Source: Schmidtea polychroa (Eukaryota). Taken from it: DNA of 64,000 nt. Shown in pieces: positions 58,701-64,000 of this stretch. Under the pieces are notes generated by a model, which saw nothing but the letters and a program-made list of their open reading frames with translations, did no database searches and was not told where the DNA came from. Within the stretch, counting starts at the first letter, position 1; each line of letters starts with the position of its first letter. Both the position numbers and the translations under genes were made by a program. Location of the stretch: positions 33,172,001-33,236,000 of the forward strand of contig CM097885.1 of assembly GCA_044892525.1 (NCBI GenBank). The letters run 5' to 3'.

Positions 58701-61700
58701 ATAGTTGTGTATGTATGAGAAATCTTTAGTGCGAGCCGACTTACTAGTAAAATATACATATGGTGAGTTAAGAAATTTTTATTTTAATATATTTAAAACC
58801 ATGTTGTGAAAGTGTTGGTATTTATGTTGAATTGTTCATAAAATATTAAAAAATATAATTATATAAAATTCTTTACAGCTATAACATTTATGTATGCATT
58901 GGACAGTATACAAATCGTTCTCTTTATAGCAAATTGAATTTCAAAATTGTGTATATAGTCCAATTTACTCAACAAAAAGTGTAATGGATTTAAAATGTCT
59001 AAATCGGTTGAATAAATTTATTTAGCTTCTTGTCTTAGATAGGCTGAGTAAGAAATATGAATCTCCAAATTTTACATTGCAAATAAATTGGATTTTAAAA
59101 TAAATTAGAAAGGAAGCTTTATCGGGTAAAGTAACTTTAAGCTATAATTTCTCATTTTGGATAAAGTACAAATTCATGATATTGGTATTAATGGCATGTA
59201 GTTAGCCGTTACACGGCCTTAACAATATCTATATAAATATTATACTGTATTATATTATATTATATTATATTATATATAAATGGGCGGTCATTAGCGAATA
59301 AGGATCAATCAGAACACAATTATGGCCAATCAAATATCACCCATAATTGCACATTAGCTAGAACATCGCAGTCTACTATATCTCATTCCAAGAGTCAATC
59401 AAAATTCATGCAATCAGCTAATACTTCTACTTATCAATCAGGCTCTATAAATCAATCTCAGACAAGTAAAGCAAATTCGATGTCATGTTATTATTATCAA
59501 GAGAAACTGTATTTGGCCCCTAATAGTTTTAGTGTTGGCTCTCATAGACCAACATCTTCATCCATTATAATTCGCGAAATATGTAACAAATCCTGACAAT
59601 AATATGAACCCGAATAGATTTTTTTATCAAACCACTACACAAATCAATTATGGATCCAAGAAATAACGAAAAAATAATTTGATTGGGATATCTGAATAAA
59701 TTGGATGCTTGATAATTAATTGTTACTTTTTATGATTATTAGTGAACAATTAAATACATTTTTTTTGGTTAATAAAAGAATATCGTGTTTTTGAGTTATA
59801 ATAAATAAATTATATTTATTTATGGATATTAAAAAAAATCATATTGTTTTTTGAATGTATTCTCTTGGAGTTAAAATTTAAAAATTTAAAAGTGTAAATT
59901 ATTTAAGAAAATTGTAATTTTAAAAAAACAATAAAATGTTTTGTGTTCCCATTAATATTTGTGATTTTGTGACTTCATCATCTAATTCTATAAAAGCAAG
60001 GAAACCAGAATTGCTTAGGATAAACACCACATGTCAGAAATAACTTTTGTTGATAAAATGATAACATTTAATAACATTTAAATGATAAACTAACTTAACC
60101 CTCAGAGAGCCTTGTTGATCAAATGTATAATTAAAACGTTCATTTTCAGTTAAAATATTCGCACCTTAAAATAGAATTTGAAATTTCATTTTAATTATTG
60201 TACTTTTTTTGATTAATAGAAAATTTGTATTAATCAAAATATTATAAAAAAAGAAATGGATTTTGTCGAGTTGACTGCATTTGGTAGACCAAGTTAGAAA
60301 TCAATCATTTTGTATTTACTTTTTTGTTATGGATTATTTTGTTTTAATTTGGGAAAATATTTAAATATAAATTTTTAATTATTTTAAATTTATATAAATA
60401 TTTTTAAACCAATAAGTTGCAATTATATAAATGTATCACAGATGTGTTAAAGTCATGAATAAAGAATCATTTTATTAAAATAAATTATTGTATATACATA
60501 AGGTTGTTGATGAAGCATTTTATATATTTTGCATTATTTATTGTATAAAATAATAATAAATTAATTAAAATTAATAAAATATTTACCTTGGGAATCGGCC
60601 ACAGTAATGGATTATACTGATATGATAAAAATTTGAGTTTAAAATTAAAGGAAAATAAAAGTCACTAAGTAGCAATAATAAAGATCGCAACTCATCGATT
60701 AATTTTTAAATAGACTTTACAAAACATTCAGCTTTGAACAAAATACTTTTCAAAAAAATTATCAGAAGAATTTAATATTTAAAATTGGAATATTAACAAA
60801 AACATCATTTTAAATTATAAAATATATTTTTTAATTTATTAAACACTGTAAAATTACATATTTAATACTCCAATATTCTAACATTTAAATATTTTACAAT
60901 TACTTAATATTAGAAATTCGTTTCTGATTTGAAAAAATTAATTATTTACTATTTAAATTTGTTTTAAACTATTTTAACAAAACATTCCCAATATTTAATT
61001 CTCAGCTGAAAACATCCACAAGGTGATAAGTTTTTAAATAATTTTTAAATATTTGTAGCCAAATATTCCTTTTTTAAAGTTTAAAATATATCAAAATAAT
61101 AAGACTGTTAAAATGTTAATAATAAATAATAATGACAAATTATTTGCACTAAAGTACTGTTTAAAAGCGTATTACTAAGCAAAAATTCAAGAACGTTAAA
61201 TTCATTAATTTTAAATTAATTAACTTTAATCTTTCATTTAGTGTATTTTATTTAAGCATTAATCAATAAAGAAAATTTATTTTTAAAAAAAATTGAAATA
61301 AAAATGTATATTGTATAGAAGTAATCTAATAACGAAATTAATTAATTGATAATTATTATGAATAGTTTGATGTTTGTGTGTTTTTGGTCCATATCTCATG
61401 TTGCATATTATTTATTACATAATAGTATCTGATTCAACAGACATAGATACTGTTTTTTATTCCATGAATAGATTTTTAATTTACTTGCATTTCAAGTATC
61501 TAAATTTGTCATTTAAAATTTATAGTAAAATTTTAAATTTGTCATGTCATTTAAATATTCATACAAATACATATATGCACAGTTGTCTTTTATATGTATA
61601 ATTAAAAATAAATTTCTTTTATATAAAGTCTTGGATTTTTACATTACCAATATGTTAAAACGAATAAAAAATAGCAAATACTGAATTATCATTAAAAACC

Positions 61701-63469
61701 TTTATTTAATTATTTGATCTGTTTTTGTCTTTTCTTTTTATTATGACTATTAATCAAAAATTAATATTTGACCTTTAGTCTAAATGAAAATAAATGAAAT
61801 ACTGACAAATATTAATTTCCATAATTAATGATTAGTAAACAGGAGCTTTTAATAGTAATATGATTAATGAAAAATTCAATTTTTGATTTATAATTATTAA
61901 TTTCAAATAACTGTTATTAAGGATAATAATGTGATAAATTAAATTAATATTTATTTATTATTTGAGTCAATATAAATATAGTTTTCTGTCAAAATTAATT
62001 GTATCATCATTAAGGCAGTATCGTCTCTAGAATGGATGGCAAAACCTGGGAATTCATTTGGTACAAATTGTTTTAAAAAGACCAAAATTCAATATAGTCA
62101 AGATTGTTTAATTAGACCAAATCAAATTTTTGCAAAAAAAATAAATATTTCTTCTTTATACATTTCTGTTACACCGTATACATATTATTATATGCATCTC
62201 TAAAGGAGAAGCTTTTGCTCGTTTTCTTTATAGGAACTGAAGTTATTTCCGTCTTCAGTACCTTGAAACTCAATGTATAAATGAATATTTAACAAAAGAT
62301 GAAAACTAAATATATTTACTTCATATTTTTAAAGAAGATTATATGTAAAATTCTTTATCCTTTCTACAATTGATAAAAACGATTATAATTATTTTTAAAC
62401 AATTACATCAAAAAGGAACAGAAATTTCTAAGGAAATCAGTTTTAAGAAACGATGAAGTGAAATTGTCTAAACTGATAATCCAAGTCTCACGAGATTGCT
62501 AATGTGACAAACTGGATGTTATAAAAGACGCTGTTAATTAATCTAATTTTTAAATAAATTTATTTGGTTATGTAAATTTTTATTGCTTAACTGAGATTAT
62601 TTTTTAAGTTTAAAAATTAAAATTTTTGTATGCAACACTAAATAATTTGTATTTACTGTCTAAATTAATGGAGAAATTTGTTTATAATTTAACGGAGATA
62701 GATTTCTTTTTTTTATTTTCCATTAGTTTTTCTAGTGCAATTTCAATACGAGTTAATGATTTTTCCATTATTTGCTTACAACATTTTTAAACACACTAAA
62801 TTATTAATTAGTTTTTATTTTAGCTAAAGTTTTGTCTCCTTAATTGATGATTAATAAATAAAAATTTCCATCTTTGAAACTAAAATTGTTTGTAATTATC
62901 ATTATTATTATTATTATTTCAGTATTTGTCTCTTGACATCGCATTATAATTTGAATGTTCTGCCTTCTTATATTCTATATCCGTATTCAAACTGGTTGAA
63001 CTATTTATCCACGTGCGTAATTGAGCGGTTATCACCATCTTTGTTTCATGATAAATGTGATTAAAGTAAATGTTTCTCATAATAATAGTGATTATAAGAC
63101 AATGATAACCATAAAAGACTTAAAATGTTAATACAAAATATATCGCTGGTAATTCTTTATTCCTAATGCAGTAAAATACATATTGCCGTAAGCAACAACC
63201 CTTTTATTTCCATTTTCACTCTTATGTTCTAACACTGCATTAATCATATTAAAACTTGCATCAGTATTGTTAAATAAATCAAAATCTATAATTATCTAAT
63301 ATCTATTTTATTACGTAACAGTTCAAATATTTATCTCTTTAAGATCGAAGACTATTATGTAATAATAAACATGAAATAAAAAGACATGTTTCACCAGACA
63401 ATAACATACACACACATTAAACCATTTACGATAAGTATTAGTTAGGTAATTTATTTATTAGATTAATTA

Positions 63470-64000
63470 TATCTACCCGCTTTTAAAGGCTTTAACCATT
63501 CAATATACCAAATGATCATAGTACCTTAATTATCTAACATTTCATAACGGTTTTCATGTATTTTCTTTGTTATTTCCATTGGACCTCTGTATCGATTATC
63601 ATCTTTATTTAGTAAATCTATTTTAACTAATACTTTACCTCCAATGTTGAAAGTTCTACGAATTCATTTATGATTTTACTAACGGTTGGTGTTATTATGC
63701 TGTTTACTTTCTTGTATTATTTGTTGTTGCTTCCTATTGATATTTTCGATATAGTCCGGAATGTTTATGAACTATTTCACGCGTTTTTAATGTTAATAAA
63801 CCTTTCTTTTCTGACAAATTTCACAAGAATTTATCACAATTTTATTGATTTCATCTACTAACAGAACAAAAAATATATTTCTAATGTACTCTCTAGTTTT
63901 TTCAATGCCCTGTGAAAAATTTCTTTGTGAATTTCTTATATAAATGTTTTAATCTTTTCTTTCGGAATATACATTTTATTTTCATATTTAATCAAATAGT
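63470..64000 (-). pseudogene. Ty3/Gypsy integrase remnant ending in a polypurine tract
   Basis: YIPKEK...EIH...H...CEICQK (H2C2) and RTFNIGGKVLVK...RYRGPMEI...EWLK (GPY/F-like); AAAAGCGGGTAGA follows. Confidence 0.62.

Overview
Very AT-rich eukaryotic DNA. The (AAT)n/(TA)n microsatellites, 45-50 nt introns and mariner/hAT/Merlin content suggest an invertebrate, possibly a planarian; this is inference only. The centre is a nest of Polinton/Maverick endogenous DNA viruses. (1) An outer element at 17451-45795 has AGTAG...CTACT ends and a 6-bp TSD (TTCCTT). It lacks integrase, ATPase and capsid genes and is a giant near-palindrome: ~4.6 and ~5.1 kb inverted arms each carry a pPolB copy with the same two nonsense codons. 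A 3.65-kb core between the arms holds a truncated adenain protease, a 5-exon acidic multi-SIM gene and a hairpin array. This architecture resembles a copy-back defective genome mobilised in trans. (2) A ~15-kb Polinton of a different family with the full virion gene set is inserted in the left arm (20146-35167, TSD CGGAAG). It encodes pPolB, a separate duplicate of the pPolB C-terminus, fibre-like, penton, protease, pX-like, ATPase, a PLA2-integrase fusion and MCP, followed by a cluster of tRNA-like Pol III cassettes. Its TIRs contain an internal inverted copy of their own terminus. (3) A third, decayed Polinton pPolB is joined to a mariner fragment. The flanks hold two hAT transposons, MITEs, Merlin/Gypsy/non-LTR relics, a single-exon LRR-Ig-TM host gene and a proteasome alpha-subunit pseudogene. 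All calls come from reading the sequence by eye; no searches were run.
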